A stretch of 64,000 nt of DNA from the human T2T-CHM13v2.0 reference genome, Homo sapiens. A program made the position numbers and the translations under genes. The first letter of the stretch is position 1, and each line of letters opens with the position of its first letter. The notes beneath the pieces were generated by a model. The model did not search any database and was not told where the DNA came from. It was given only the letters and a program-made list of their open reading frames with translations. This document shows positions 13,010-28,578 of this stretch, piece after piece. The stretch lies in assembly GCF_009914755.1 (NCBI RefSeq), contig NC_060937.1; one strand, given 5' to 3'.

Positions 13010-13315
13010 GATTCACACTATGCATTAGATTATCTCTACAAATGTTCACATCAAATGTCTGGCACTCAAAAAAAAGGTAGGTAAGCATAAAAGAAGAAGC
13101 AATTCATAAAAAATTCCAGAGAATAGCATAAAACTAAAAACCATAGAAGATGTAGATATTGGGATGGCCAGACATGCAATGCACATTAAAATAATTGTGA
13201 ATGAAACATATTTTTAACAAAAGAACAGGAGAGTCTTTTAAAATTAAACTAGATTTTTAAAAACTGAAATTAAGCATTAGTTGAATTGAATGAGCAAAAT
13301 TTAGAAAATAATTTA

Positions 13316-15630
<2,315 letters not shown>

Positions 15631-16034
15631 TAGGAAATAATTTAAAGTGAATTTGTGATATGGACTATTGCACAGGAAAAAATCCAGACTTAAGCATAGG
15701 GTAGTATTATAATAGAAAAAAATGTAAAATTATATATGAAACACAATAAAGGATGATTAATCTATTTCTAAGAATTCTACAGAGAAAAAAAGAATAGGGA
15801 AGTAACAAGTAGCCAAAGAGATGATGGGTGTAAATTTTCAATACTAGTGAAAATCATCTGTCTACAGATCCTACACACCTGTGCCTTAGTAAAGATAAAT
15901 ATAAAGAGAATAACTCCTAGACATATGACAGAAAATGGTTAATTTTTTATATTTACAATGAAAAAAATCTCATAAGGAGTCAGAAAAAAATATTTAAAGG
16001 AATATATAGTAGGAAGATGAACTTTTAAAAAATA

Positions 16035-16514
16035 TATATTAGTTTTTTCCTTAAAATATTGGTATGTAACCATTTCATAATCTCAGTGGTTTATTGCAAA
16101 CATGCTTTATTTTTTTCATTTCATGGGTCTTGTAGATCAACTGGAGTTCACCTAATCTCAGCAGGGCTTACCTGCTGGACCAGTGTGGATTGAAGACTTG
16201 CAGTCAGGTAAGATCTATTCCATGCGTTCTTTCTAGAGCCCTGTAAGAAGCAACAGCAGCTACAGGGAGCAGACTCTTCTTGTGATGGACCATAGAGGCA
16301 AGCCAAACCACACAAGTATATTTAAAGCTAAGCTTTTAGTCTTATTGGCTAACATTCGATTGGCCAAAGTACAGCTGCATTAAATAGTTGGGAAAGTATA
16401 CTTTGCCTACTGTAATTGGAGGAAATTGGAAAGTCACATGCAAAAACCCGTGGATGTATAATTCTACACAGAAAGCATGTAAATTAGTGGGAATACTTTC
16501 CCCTAACTACTACA
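16035..16514 (-). mobile_element. MLT1K/L-like LTR
   Basis: ATTAGTT...GTAACCATTTCATAATCTCAGTGGTTT...AACATTCGATTGGCCAAAG...ACTACTACA. Confidence 0.75.
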
Positions 16515-17313
16515 TAATGGAAGCTATTAAACAATGAAATGAAATCTTTAATATGCTAAAAGAATATGGCTTACAAATTACATTTCTTTTTTCATAGAAA
16601 ACTTCAACAATATTTTACCTATTAACTCTTTTTGAAGAAATTATTCCAGATATAGTTTAGGCAACCAAGTAATTACTAGGATACCGTGACAGAAACACTG
16701 GCTTTGAACACCATATATGTTTAATCAAGGATATTTAAGTGTAATAATGTGGGAGTTAAAGTTACCGAGCAAAAATGTAAATATTTAAGCTCTAATTTTT
16801 TTGAAAACTCAATAAAACCGTGTGTAGAAGAAGAGAAAATAACTTGGGAGCTGTAAGTCTTGTAATTGCCTGCTTTGTAATAACTGAGTGTCAAAAGTAT
16901 TAAAGCTGACAAGTAAAATAACAGTATTATCATATAGAACCGTGGAAAGAAAAACAAGTATATTATTATTGACAAAACAGAGTTAATGGAAAAGGATATA
17001 ATGATCTTCAGTGATAATTATAGATTATGCCTAAATTAGTATAATATTAAAGGTATCATATAACTATAATAAAACCAAAAACAAAAATATAAACCATAGA
17101 AAATAGAGAAATAAATGACTATATTGCAGAAAAAAACAGAGATCAAAGCACATACTTAGAGAAAAACAATACAAGAGAAATAAAAGGCATAATTGTGATA
17201 AGATATGCCCCAGTACAATCATTATGTCTTATACGTAAATACAATTGAGTTAACCTAATCTTTAAAAAAAGAAGTTTAAATCATGTAACAGAGACAGTTA
17301 GCTCTTCTCCAGT

Positions 17314-17801
17314 CTTTTTTTTTTATTATTATACTTTAAGTTCTAGGGTACACGGGCACAACGTGCAGGTTTGTTACATACGTATACATGTGCCATGTTG
17401 GTGTGCTGCACCCATTAACTCATCATTTACATTAGGTATATCTCCTAATGCTATCCCTCCCCACACCATACGCCATGACAGGCCCCAATGTGTGTTGCTC
17501 CCCATCCTGTGTCCAAGTGTTCTCTTTGTTCAGTTCCCACCTATGAGAGAGAACATGCAATGTTTGGTTTTCTGTCCTTGCAATAGTTTGCTGAGAATGA
17601 TGGTTTCCATCTTCATCCATGTCCCTACAAAGGACATGAACTCATGATTTTTTATGGCCGCATAGTATTCCATGGTGTATAAGTGCCACATTTTCTTAAT
17701 CCAGTCTATCATTGATGGTCATTTGGGTTGGTTCCAAGTCTTTGCTATTGTGCATAGTGCTGCAATAAACATACATATGCCTGTGTCTTTATAGTAGCGT
17801 G
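17314..17801 (-). mobile_element. Short 5'-truncated L1PA (approx. L1PA5-6) 3' end
   Basis: T tail, TATACTTTAAGTTCTAGGGTAC, 3'UTR and ORF2 end. ORF 17530..17712 matches the ORF2p C-terminus. Confidence 0.95.
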
Positions 17802-20800
17802 ACATACCCAATCCTGCTGGAAATGACAAAGGATACTATTTAATTTATGATATTAGGGGACATTAAATTTGGTTTAAGCTCATTTGAAACTGCCTTATTT
17901 TTAAAAGTATTGTTTTAAGCAACCCTTCATTTCCTCGCTGAAACTTAAAAAATTATAAGATTGACTAATTTAAATTTCAGAATTTTTCTTGACCTATGGG
18001 TTACCTAAACTATACTTCTATAGTAAGAATATTTAAGAATTACCATTAGTATTACTATTCTGATTTCTAACAATATTTGTTTTACAAAATTTTTATTGCT
18101 GTTATTTCCTGCTGTGATGGTGGATCAGAATGGTCAATTAAATTGTAATTAACTCTCAGAAATATTTATCTAAAAACCCAAACTATAACATATGTGATGA
18201 ATGAAAGCTTACTTTTTTGGTAAAAATGGAAATGTGGGAACTTACATAAGGGTAAAAATCTTACCAAAGTGTAGTTAGAAATTCCTCATAACTCTAAGAG
18301 ACTGAACTCTCTATATACAGCAAACAATAAATTGAAATATCTAAAACAGTCAGCTTCATAACTAACAAAAGATCAGGCGTTGATACAATATTTGTTAAAA
18401 AAACGTGATTAAACCTTGCTATAAGCAAGTCTGCAAAATAATATAATTACAATTTGTTGAGTACAATAACAAAATGACCAGAAGAGCCATTATAAAGGCA
18501 ATAATTAAATAATCATATAAAAACAAATGGCATTTTACATACTTCTAAGAAAAAAGAGCCCATGAGTTCTGTTATTAGAATCTTCAATCCATCTGTCTTT
18601 GTTTCTTTAGCAATTAAAACTATGAAATGTGTTACTCTTAGAAGCTTAATCTTCCAGGCACTCTCTAGAAAACTTTCTCCATGTTTTGTACTATGAAATT
18701 GAATATATATGTAGTCACTTTATTCTGCATTGTAAAGTTTAAATATGATCACTTCTTTTATGTTAATTCTGAATACCTCTTAATCATTCAATTATTACAT
18801 TATATCCAATATGAAAATAATTATTTTATATACATATTATATGTGTATATATATATATTTACCCAAAGAAAGAACTCAATTTTTCAGTTAAATTTATCTT
18901 TTAGTGATACATTGATTTAGTGTATACATGTCTTTCAAAAGCTTCCTAGAAGGAAAAAAAATCACAGAAATCATGAGTATATTAGTCTAAAAATAAGTTA
19001 GACCATCTAGAATGAAGTTAACTTCCTTTCCTTGGAGTATTAGTAATGTGTTAGAATACATGGATGTGATAGACTCACAAAGAAGGAAATTTGCCATGCT
19101 ATATTTTATAAAGTCTAATAACACCAAGGAAAAGAGTCTGATCTTTGAAATTGTTTTACTACTAGAAATATTGAAATGACCTTGACTACACCTTCTAAAA
19201 TTGCCACACTTTGTTAATGTGATTATAAGTTGCAAAATGGCTTTGTCTCCTTTCCTCATGAATATAGCTACAGACATATAACGGAGAGGCTGTTTTGAGT
19301 GGATTAGCAACTGCTAGCTTTGATTATCTTTGCCAAATAATCAACCCAATTGTAAAACTTACTTTAATAAAGCTGACATTAAAATACTGACTTTCAATTG
19401 GTGTTTTGAGTTTAAAATAAATGGAAAATAAATAGTAGGTTTCAAATATAAATGCCTCATTTACAAGAAAAGAAATACAATAAAATATTTTGACAACATA
19501 TCTGACTAAATTAGCAAACTGCTAATACATCCAGAAACTTTGCTATCTCGAAAACTTCAAGTAATCTGTTGAAATATGGTGACTCCTGTGAACTTTAGTT
19601 GACTATGGGATGGTCCTTAAGGTACATATATTATTCTTATTCTATATAGCCTTTTGTTTCAGACAAGATCAGTGAGCAAACCAATATTTTGATAATCGTC
19701 CAAATAGAGTCCTACAAATAGAATAAACAATGCATACAAAATGTTGGCTTAATAATAATTCAATCAATTGAAAATAACAAACTCAAAACAAAATAAACAT
19801 AATTTTAAAAATTTGGTTAACATAATTAAGGAAACAAAAAGGAGAAACAGTTTCCATCTCTTGTCTCTGAAATTTTCTTTGACTTGCATTCATCTTATTG
19901 CTCTACTTTTTCCACATGGTGATTTATATGCCCCTGTTAGTGATTGATTCCTCTATGCACAGTCCCCAGGGAGAGGCATACCTTTAGACTAATTACATTG
20001 ACTATAATATTAAACTAATATGTTCAATTGTGTGTGAATTACATAAGTGACTCTGAGACAAATAGGGATATTATAATTATCAAATATACCCCAAAATGGC
20101 AAAAATTGAAGTGTGCTGGAAAAAGAAAAAAAATACTAAGTGAGAAAATAGTCTTGCAAGAGGAGATACATCAACTATTATATTTTACTTTATCATAGAA
20201 ATATTAGAGAAGCAAATAAGATTGTATTAAAGTTGGACTTTAATGGAGAGCAATCATTCTCTTTCCTTTTACATATCTGTTTCATCTAAATTAGTGAGAT
20301 GATAGGGCATTTTTAACATAATAGTAGATCCATACAACAACATTGTTTGCCATTTTGTGATGTTAATATATATACTTTCTCAGTAAACATAAATAGTAAT
20401 TCATAAAGCTTAAAACAATGAGATATTAGCCATATCAAAAGTAAACTATAATACCTCATTAGAAAATTTTTAAAAAGACCTGAATATGTAAATGTACTGA
20501 ACATTCAAATTGTTTTTATTTTTCCTTCTTAAATGTACAATGAGATCGAATGTTATAAATACACCATTTCTTCATTTCAGAATGAAGTAGCTAAAGGAGT
20601 ATTTTTGTTGCTAAGAAAATGACTATATTTGTACGTCAGGATTAAAACATAGAGAAGAATATTAAAAAACACTTTGGGAAATAAGGGTAAAATATCACTT
20701 TAGGCCTATGATATAAAATACCTAATACTAACTCTCACAAAAGTATAGGTAATCCAATGAAGCACATTTCAGAAAGAAAGGGAGCCACAACTAAATTTAA

Positions 20801-20864
20801 TAAGAAAAATAAAAACAAACAAAAAACTCTTCTGTTTTCATATATGAAATAGACTGGCTTCTTG

Positions 20865-23200
20865 AAAAGGTCATCCTCTATTTTTCTAAACTAGATCTCC
20901 TTCTTTATCCTTTAGGAATCACCCCAATGATGTTCCATTATATACTCCCATCATCAAATTTCTCAAACAACTCATTGACCAGTTACTCACAGTTGCTCAT
21001 TTCTTACCAACTACGTTGTCTTAACCAAACTTTACTCAGCCTCTGTCTTTTCTACAAGCATCTAAACCAAGATTGAGCAGATTCACAAAAAAGTGAAACA
21101 TGGCTCCCTTATCAGCTTCTTCTAAGAATCAGCTGACCACAAAGAGCCCCTATTCCTGTTGACTCCACTGTCATTTTCCCCTTCCTTGTTCAGCTTCTTC
21201 TTCATAGATTCTGCTTATTTTTGCTTGCCATCTTATTGATCACATAAAAGAAAATCCATTTCTTTTTTTTTTCTATCCCCCAAATGAATGGAGTCCCTCT
21301 CTTCATGCTGAACTGCTTGGGGCTGTGCAAGGGGTGAGACGAGCAACCTTGTGGCCACCAACACAAGGACCACAATGGGTAAGACCCAAAGCCAACACAG
21401 CACTAGGTCTTGCCCAAGGCCTGTGGCGATCACTGCCTGGCCACCACCAGTATTCAGTCAAGACCAAGTGCTCTTCAGTAAACAGGTGACAAATCCAGCC
21501 AGGCTTGTATCCTTCTCTTCAGGGAAGCAAGCTCCCTCACAGCCCAGGATGGATCTAGAAACACTGTTCAGGAGCCAGGGCCCACAATTCCTTAAGGAAT
21601 CCAGTAGTTGGGAATCTACTTGGTGCTTTATCTTACTGTGGCTGAGCTGGCACAAAAGCTGCAAGACGTAGTCATTCTCACTCTTTTCTCTCCTTTACTT
21701 AAGCATATGGAGTCTTTCCTTTTTGCCACCACTGCTCCAGATCACCCACAGTGAGTACTACCTGGCTACTTTCAATGTTCACTCAATGCCTAGGTGCTCT
21801 TCAGTCAGCCTGTGGTAAATGCTGCCAGGCCTGTGACTCTCCCTTCAGGAAACTGGGCTCCTCTCTGGCCTAGGTAAGTTCCAGGAATGTCACTAGGGAG
21901 CCAAGGCCCAGAAATGGGAACTCCAAGAGCTCACTTTTTGCTCTACCGCACTGTGACTGAGCTGGTACCCAAGCTACAAGACAAAGACTCCTTCATTATT
22001 TTCTCTCTTTCCTCAAGTAGAAAGAGCCTCTCCCCTTGGCCACCGAAGCTGGGAATGTACTAGATCACCCATGAAGCCAGCATGGCACTGGATCTCAGCC
22101 AAGTTCTGCAGCAAGTACTGCTGGCTACGGCAGATATTTATGCAAGGCCCAAGGGATATTTGGTCATTCGGGGATGGATTCTGCCAAGATTAAGTCATTC
22201 TCCTTAAGGCAGTGGGTTTCTTTCTGGCCCAGGGCGTGTCTAATAATGTTGTCCGGGAGCTAGGACCTGGTATGGGGCCTCAAGACTCTGCCTGGTTCCC
22301 TATTCTACTGGCTGAGCTGGTATTCAAATTGCAAGAAAAATTATCTTTACCCTTCCTTCTCCTCTCCTCTAACAGAAGGAAAGAGTCTGTTGTGGAGCAC
22401 AAACTTGCTGCCTGGGATTGGAGGAAGGGTGACACAAGCACTAAGTTGGCTACCCCGGCTGGTGTCTCATTAGGTTGCATGCACCCCAAGTCCACTGGCT
22501 CTCAGCCCAGCACAGCACCCGCACTTGCACAGGAATTGCAATCTATGTGGCTTAAATGCCTTCTAAGTTCATTTAGGACCCCAGAGTGCTTTAGCCAGTG
22601 TCGACAGAGTGCTTTAGCTGGTTTAGCCAGAACTCAGGTTCTGACCACTGGAATGGACAATTCTGGCTAGGGCTGGTCTAAATAATTCCTCTGTGGGTGC
22701 TGCCTGAATACTTCCATGTGTTGCTTTTCACTGTGACAACCATCACTGCATTCCAGTGCAAAGTTCCACAATCACTGCACTCCCCCGACTCCTTCACTCA
22801 AACACATAGATTCTCTCTCCATGCCACGCTGTGATGCTGAGAGTTGAAGGAAGGATGACATTGGCAATTCAAAACTGTCTTTCCTATACTCTTCAGTGTC
22901 TCTTTCTTTGATAAAATGTTAAAACCATGTACTGTGGCTGCTCATCTGAATTTTGGTTCTTATATAGGTGCTTTCTTGTGTGGATAGTTGTTCAATAATT
23001 TGGTGCTCCTGCAAAGGGGACAATTCCTGGAAGGTTCTGTTTAGCTATCTTGCTCCACGTCCAATTGCAAAATCCATTTTCTTTTTAATTTAAAGATACT
23101 TGTAGATTTCTGAGATAGAAGCATTCTCCCTAATGTAATAGTATTTCATTCAAATTTAAGATTCTCTCTTCCTAGAGTCCAGATTTGTTTTGAGTGAAAA
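20865..23200 (+). mobile_element. ERV1 solo LTR (MER31-like), split by an L1 5'UTR insert
   Basis: AACCAAACTTTA...GAGAATCAGCTGACC-like motif left of the insert. Resumes at ~23069 with AGCATTCTCCCTAATGTAATAGT...AGTCCAGATTTGTTTT. Confidence 0.6.
21268..23068 (-). mobile_element. L1MA/L1M1-2-type 5'UTR-only insertion
   Basis: GC-richer L1M 5'UTR sequence. The minus strand begins GTGGAGCAAGATAGC (the L1 5'-end CAAGATGGC motif). TSD AAAATCCATTT(T)CTTTTT at 21251-21267 and 23069-23086. Confidence 0.85.
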
Positions 23201-23217
23201 ACACATTTTGATATTCA

Positions 23218-23860
23218 AGGATGTGGAGAAGTAGGAACCCTTTTGCACTGTTTGTGGGAGTGTAAGTTAGTTCAACCACTGTGGAAGAGAGCGTGGAAAT
23301 TCCTTAAGGATCTAGAACCAGAAATACCATTTGATCCAGCAATCCCATTACTGGGTATATACCCGAAGGATTACAAATCATTTTACTTTAAAGACACATG
23401 CACACGTATATTTATTGCAGCACTATTCACAATAGCAAAGGCTTGGAACCAACCCAAATGCCCATCAATGATAGACTGGATAAAGAAAATGTGGCAAATA
23501 TACACCATGGAATACTCTGCAGCCATAAAAAAGGGCGGGTTCATGTCCTTTGCAGGGACATGGATGAAGCTGGAAACCGTCATTCTCAGAAAAATAACAC
23601 AAGAACAGAAAACCAAACACCACATGTTCTCACTCATAAGTGGTAGTTGAAAAATGAGAACACATGGACACAGGGAAGGGAACATCACACACTGGGGCCT
23701 GTCATGGGGTGGGAGGTTAGGGGAGGGATAGCATTAGGAGAAATAATGTAGATGATGGGTTGATGGGTGCAGCAAACCACCGTGGCACATGTATACCTAT
23801 GTAACAAACCTGCACGTTCTGCACATGTATCCCAGAACCTAAAGTATAATAATAAAAAAA
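23218..23860 (+). mobile_element. 5'-truncated L1PA (approx. L1PA7) 3' end
   Basis: ORF 23243..23650 is the ORF2p C-terminus, followed by a 3'UTR G-rich tract and AAAGTATAATAATAAAAAAAA. Confidence 0.95.
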
Positions 23861-25354
23861 ATTATTTAAAAAACCCTCATTCTTGACACTGTAAGTCCCT
23901 GTAGCTATTGCACCTGTTCTCTTCTCTACTTTAAAATAAAACTTTCACAATGACATATTCCTCTTCTACTTAAAATAATTTTTTTCTTAATATCTCCAGT
24001 GTCTCCCCTTCCATGGTCTGCACCACTTCACAAAAAGTCAGAAGCAGCAGCCATTGCAACATCCATATACACATACAAACTTTGAGTAGTTGTCAAAGTA
24101 ATGTGCCATATATAGTACCATATATATTTGTTAACCACTTAACATGTGCAAAATAGTAGTACTCCTTTATATTTTTTATCTTTGCTTGTCATTAATGAAG
24201 TTTTTTTTAATCCTGTGCCTCTCACATAATATTTTCCTATAAGCTTTGTGATTTTATTTGCACAAGTTTGCATAAAAATTTTTCAGGAATGCATATGTCT
24301 GTAACCGAAGAACTGTCTACACTTACAACACTCTCATTATGCAAACTCATGGGTCTTTTCAGTTTTTGAAAATAATTGTTAGTTTTTTATTTAAATAATA
24401 GTCATTTTATGTTGTTTTGTTAATTTTCTTCAGAGATGTCTGTTAAACATATTCAGAAAATGAAAATTAAATGACTTAAATTAAATCACCTTTAAAATGC
24501 ATAGGAACATCAAATACAAACAGAAGAAAATAATTAAAACAACCATCATATAGTAAGTAATATTGACAATTTTTTATAATTTATTTAAAAAAATTGTAAG
24601 TGTACTCACAATTAAATACATTATTAATATTTGAATACAATATCTATTACTAGGAAATTACCCTATGATATTATAATGCATATGACTTGATTATACATTC
24701 ATTATAAAATGTTTAGATATTTTGAATACACTACTGAGCACCAGTAAAGTTCTTCAAATTTAAATTTGCTTTATATTTTCAAAACATATAGGATCTCCCT
24801 CTCATAGAGGTAAAAGTTTCCCAAAATAATGCAGCTAGTCAAGAAATTAGCAAGAATTTATGCTTACATTTGTCAAATTTCAGTATTTATTATTTTCTTC
24901 ATTTTGTGACATCATGTTTTATTTAAAGCAATAATTCAATAAATCAAGTAGCCTATATTATTACAATCATTTTGGATATTAAAAATTTTAAAAACTAAAC
25001 ATTTAATATTATGTAAATGCTGCATAAAAATTAAAACAGTAAAATCACTGTTAAAATTATATCCTGTGCACACATTATAGAAATATTCAAATTGTTTATG
25101 CCGTAGTAAACGTAAAGAAAAAAAGATTTCTAGCTTCAGTCTACAGACTACACTAAAGCAGACAAATATTAAATAAATTTACGTGTATGTAAAGTTACAA
25201 ATAGATGGCATTACATAAAGTTTTAAACTGGTAGTGTAAGGTACAAAAACAATTTTTCAAGATGAATAATCTAGAAGTTGGCATTCTGCAAAACTTTATG
25301 CAAATCAGCTACAGTGATGTAAATTAAAGCAATGAAACCTAATAGAAGTTTAAG

Positions 25355-28300
25355 ATAGTCAAGGGGTTCTTTGAAACTAATGAGAACAAAGATATAACAT
25401 ACCACAATTTCTGGGACACAGCTAAGGCAGTGTTAAGAGGGAAACTCATAGCACTAAATGTCCACATCAAAAAGTTAGAAAGATTTCAAATTAACAACCT
25501 AACTTCAGAACTGAAAGAATTAGAGAAACAAGAACAAATCAACCCCAAACCTAGCAGAAGATAAGGAAAAGAAAAAATCAAAGCTGAACTAAAAGAAATT
25601 GAGTCCCCCCAAAAATTCAAAGGATCAATGAATCCAGGAGTTGGTTTTCAGAAATAATTAATAAAATAGATAGGCTACTAGCTAGACTAATAGAGAAGAA
25701 AAGAGAGAAAATCCAAATAAACACAATTAGAAATGGCGAAGGAAATGTTACTACTGATGCCACAGAAATAAAAACCACCATCAGAAACTACTATGAACAC
25801 CTCTATGCCCAAAACTGGAAAACCTAGATGAGATGGATAAATTCTTCCCAAGTCAGAACCAGAAAGAAATTGATTCCCTGAACACGTCACCACCAGCTTC
25901 CAAAATTGAATCAGTAATAAACAGCACACCAAGCAATATAAGGTAAGGGCCCGATGAATCCACAGTCAAATTCTACCTGATGTACAAAATAAAAAAGGTG
26001 GTACCATTTTTACAGAAACTATTTCAAAAATTAAGGAGGAGGGACTCTTCCCCAACTCATTCTATGAAGCCAGCATCATCTTAATACCAAAACCTGGCAG
26101 AAACACAACACAAAAAGAAAATTTTAGGCCAATAATCTTGATGAACATTAATGCAAAAATTCTCAAGAAAATATGCAAACTGAATCCAGCAGCACATCAA
26201 AAAGCTAATTCACCACAATCAAGTAGGCTTTATCCACAGGACGTAAGGTTGGTTGAACATAAGCAAATTAATAAATGTGACTTATAACATAAACAGAAGT
26301 AAATACAAAACCACATGTTTATCTCAACAGATGCAAAAAAAATAAAATTTAACATTCCTTCATGTTAACTCTCAATAAACTACATATTAAAGGAACATGC
26401 CTCGAAATAATAAGAACCATCTATAACAAATCTACAGACAACATTATACTGAATGGGCAAGCACTGGAAGAATTCCCCTTGGAAACCAGCACAAGACAAG
26501 AATGCTCTCTCTCACTACTTCTATCCAATACAATATTGGAAGTCCTAGCCAGAGCAATGAGGCAAGAGCAAGAAATAAAGGCCATGGAAATCGGCAGAGA
26601 GGAAGTCAAACTATGTCTGTTTGCAGATGACATGATTCTATATCTAGAAAACCCAATAATCTCGGCCTAAAAGCTCCTCCAGCTGATAAACAACTTCAAC
26701 AAAGTTGCAGGATACAAAATCAATGTATAAAATTCACTAGCGTTCCTATACACCAACAAGAGCCAAACTGAGAACCAAATCAGAAAGGCAATCCCATTCA
26801 CAATTTCCACAAAAGGAATAAAATGCCTTGGAATACAGCTAACCAGGGAGGTGAAAGAGCTCTACAATGAGATTCGCAAAACACCACTCAAAGAAATCAG
26901 AGAAGACACCAACAAATGGAGTAACATCGCATGCTCATGGATAGGAAGAATCAATATGATTAAAATGGCTATATTGCCCAAAGCAATTTAAGTATTTAAT
27001 ACTGTATCAAACTACCGATGACATTCTTCACAGAGCTAGAAAAAAAGTACTTTAAAATTAATATGGAACCAAAAAGAGCGTGAATAGCCAAGGCAATCCT
27101 AAGAAAAAGAACAAAGCTGGAGGCATCGTGTTACCTGACTTCAAACTGTATTATGAGGCCACAGTAACCAAAACAGCGTGGTACTAGTACAAAAACAGGC
27201 ACATAGGCCAAGGAAACAGAATAGAGAGCTGAGAAACAATGCTGCATATCTACGACCATGTGATCTTCCACAAAGCTGACAAAAACAAGCAATGGGTAAA
27301 AAAGACACTTTGTTTAATACATAATGCTGAGATGACTGGCGAGGCTATTGCAGGAGATTGAAACTGGGCCACTTCCTTACATCATACACAAAAATCAACT
27401 CAAGATGAATTAAAAACTTAAATGTAAAACCAAAAACTATAAAAACCCTGGAAGACAACCTAAGAAACACCATTCTGGACATAAGAATGGGCAAAGATTT
27501 CATGACAAAGATACCAAAAGCAATCACAAAAGAAGGAAAAATTGGCACGTGGGATCTCATTAAATTTAAGAGCTTCTACACAGCAAAAGAAACTATCAAC
27601 AGAGTAAACCAATAACCTATAGAATGGGAGAAAACATTTGCAAAGTATGCAACAATAAAGTCTAATATCCAGCATCTATAGGAAACTTAAGCAAATTTAC
27701 AAGAGAAAAAATAAACCATTAAAAAGTGGGCAAAGGACCTGAACAGACACTTCTCTGTTGTCTTAGAAGACATATATGCAGCCAACAAGAATATGAAAAA
27801 AAGCTCAATAACACTGATTATTAAAGAAACATAAATCAAAACCACAATGAGATACCATCTCAAACCAGTCATAATGGCTATTACTAAAAAATAAAAAAGT
27901 AACAGATAATGGCAAGGTTGCAGAGAAAAGGTAACACTTATACACTGTTGGTGGCAGTGTAAATTAGTTCATCTATTGTGGAAAGCAGTATGACAACTCC
28001 TCAAAGAGCTAAAAGCAGAACTCCCATTCAACCCAGCAATCTCAAAACTGGGTATATACCTGAAAGAATATAAATTATTCTACCATAAAGTCATACATAC
28101 TCATATGTTCATTGCAGTACTATTCACAATAGCAAAGTCGTGGAATCAACCTAAATGTGCATCAATGACAGATTGGATTAAGAAAATGTGTTACATAAAC
28201 TGCATGGAATACTATACAGCCATAAAAGTAACAAGATCATGTCTTTTGTGGGAACATGGATGGAGCCAAAGGCTATTATACTTAGCAAACTAACACAGAA

Positions 28301-28578
28301 ACAAAAAAGCAAATACCACGTGTTCTCACTTACAAGTTGGAACTAAATGATAAAAACTTATGAACACAAAGAAGAAAACAACAGACCTGGGGTCTATTTG
28401 AGGGTGAAGGGTGGGAGGAGGGAGAGGAGCAGAAAAGATAACTTTTGGGTCCTGGGCTTAATACGTGAATTATGAAATAATATGTGCAGCAAAGACCTGT
28501 GATATGAGCTTACCTGTGTAACAAATCTTCACATATACCGTGAAACCTAAAATAAAAGTTAACAAAAAGAAAAAAAGA
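25355..28578 (+). mobile_element. 5'-truncated older L1PA (approx. L1PA15-16), degraded ORF2 plus 3'UTR
   Basis: ORF 26362 contains LFADDMILY. 3'UTR GGGTGGGAGGAGGGAGAGGAGCAGAAAAGATAAC and A tail. Confidence 0.93.

Noticed and set aside
21560-22400. Regularly spaced repeats resembling a CRISPR-like array
   Set aside because: Eukaryotic context; the units are long, diverged L1 UTR monomers, not identical short repeats with unique spacers.
22582-22618. 14-bp direct repeat CAGAGTGCTTTAGC
   Set aside because: A real but trivial slippage duplication inside a dead L1 UTR.
21233-22670. ORFs of 66-152 aa in a GC-richer island (possible exon or ORF0 analogue)
   Set aside because: They lie inside the L1M 5'UTR, with no domain similarity or splice structure I can support.
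23195-23890. Possible TSDs for the L1PA at 23218 and for the L1 at 25355-28578
   Set aside because: Flank similarities are too weak to call.
24250-25310. Several octamer-like TATGCAAA motifs
   Set aside because: Expected by chance in AT-rich DNA and too dispersed to call an enhancer.
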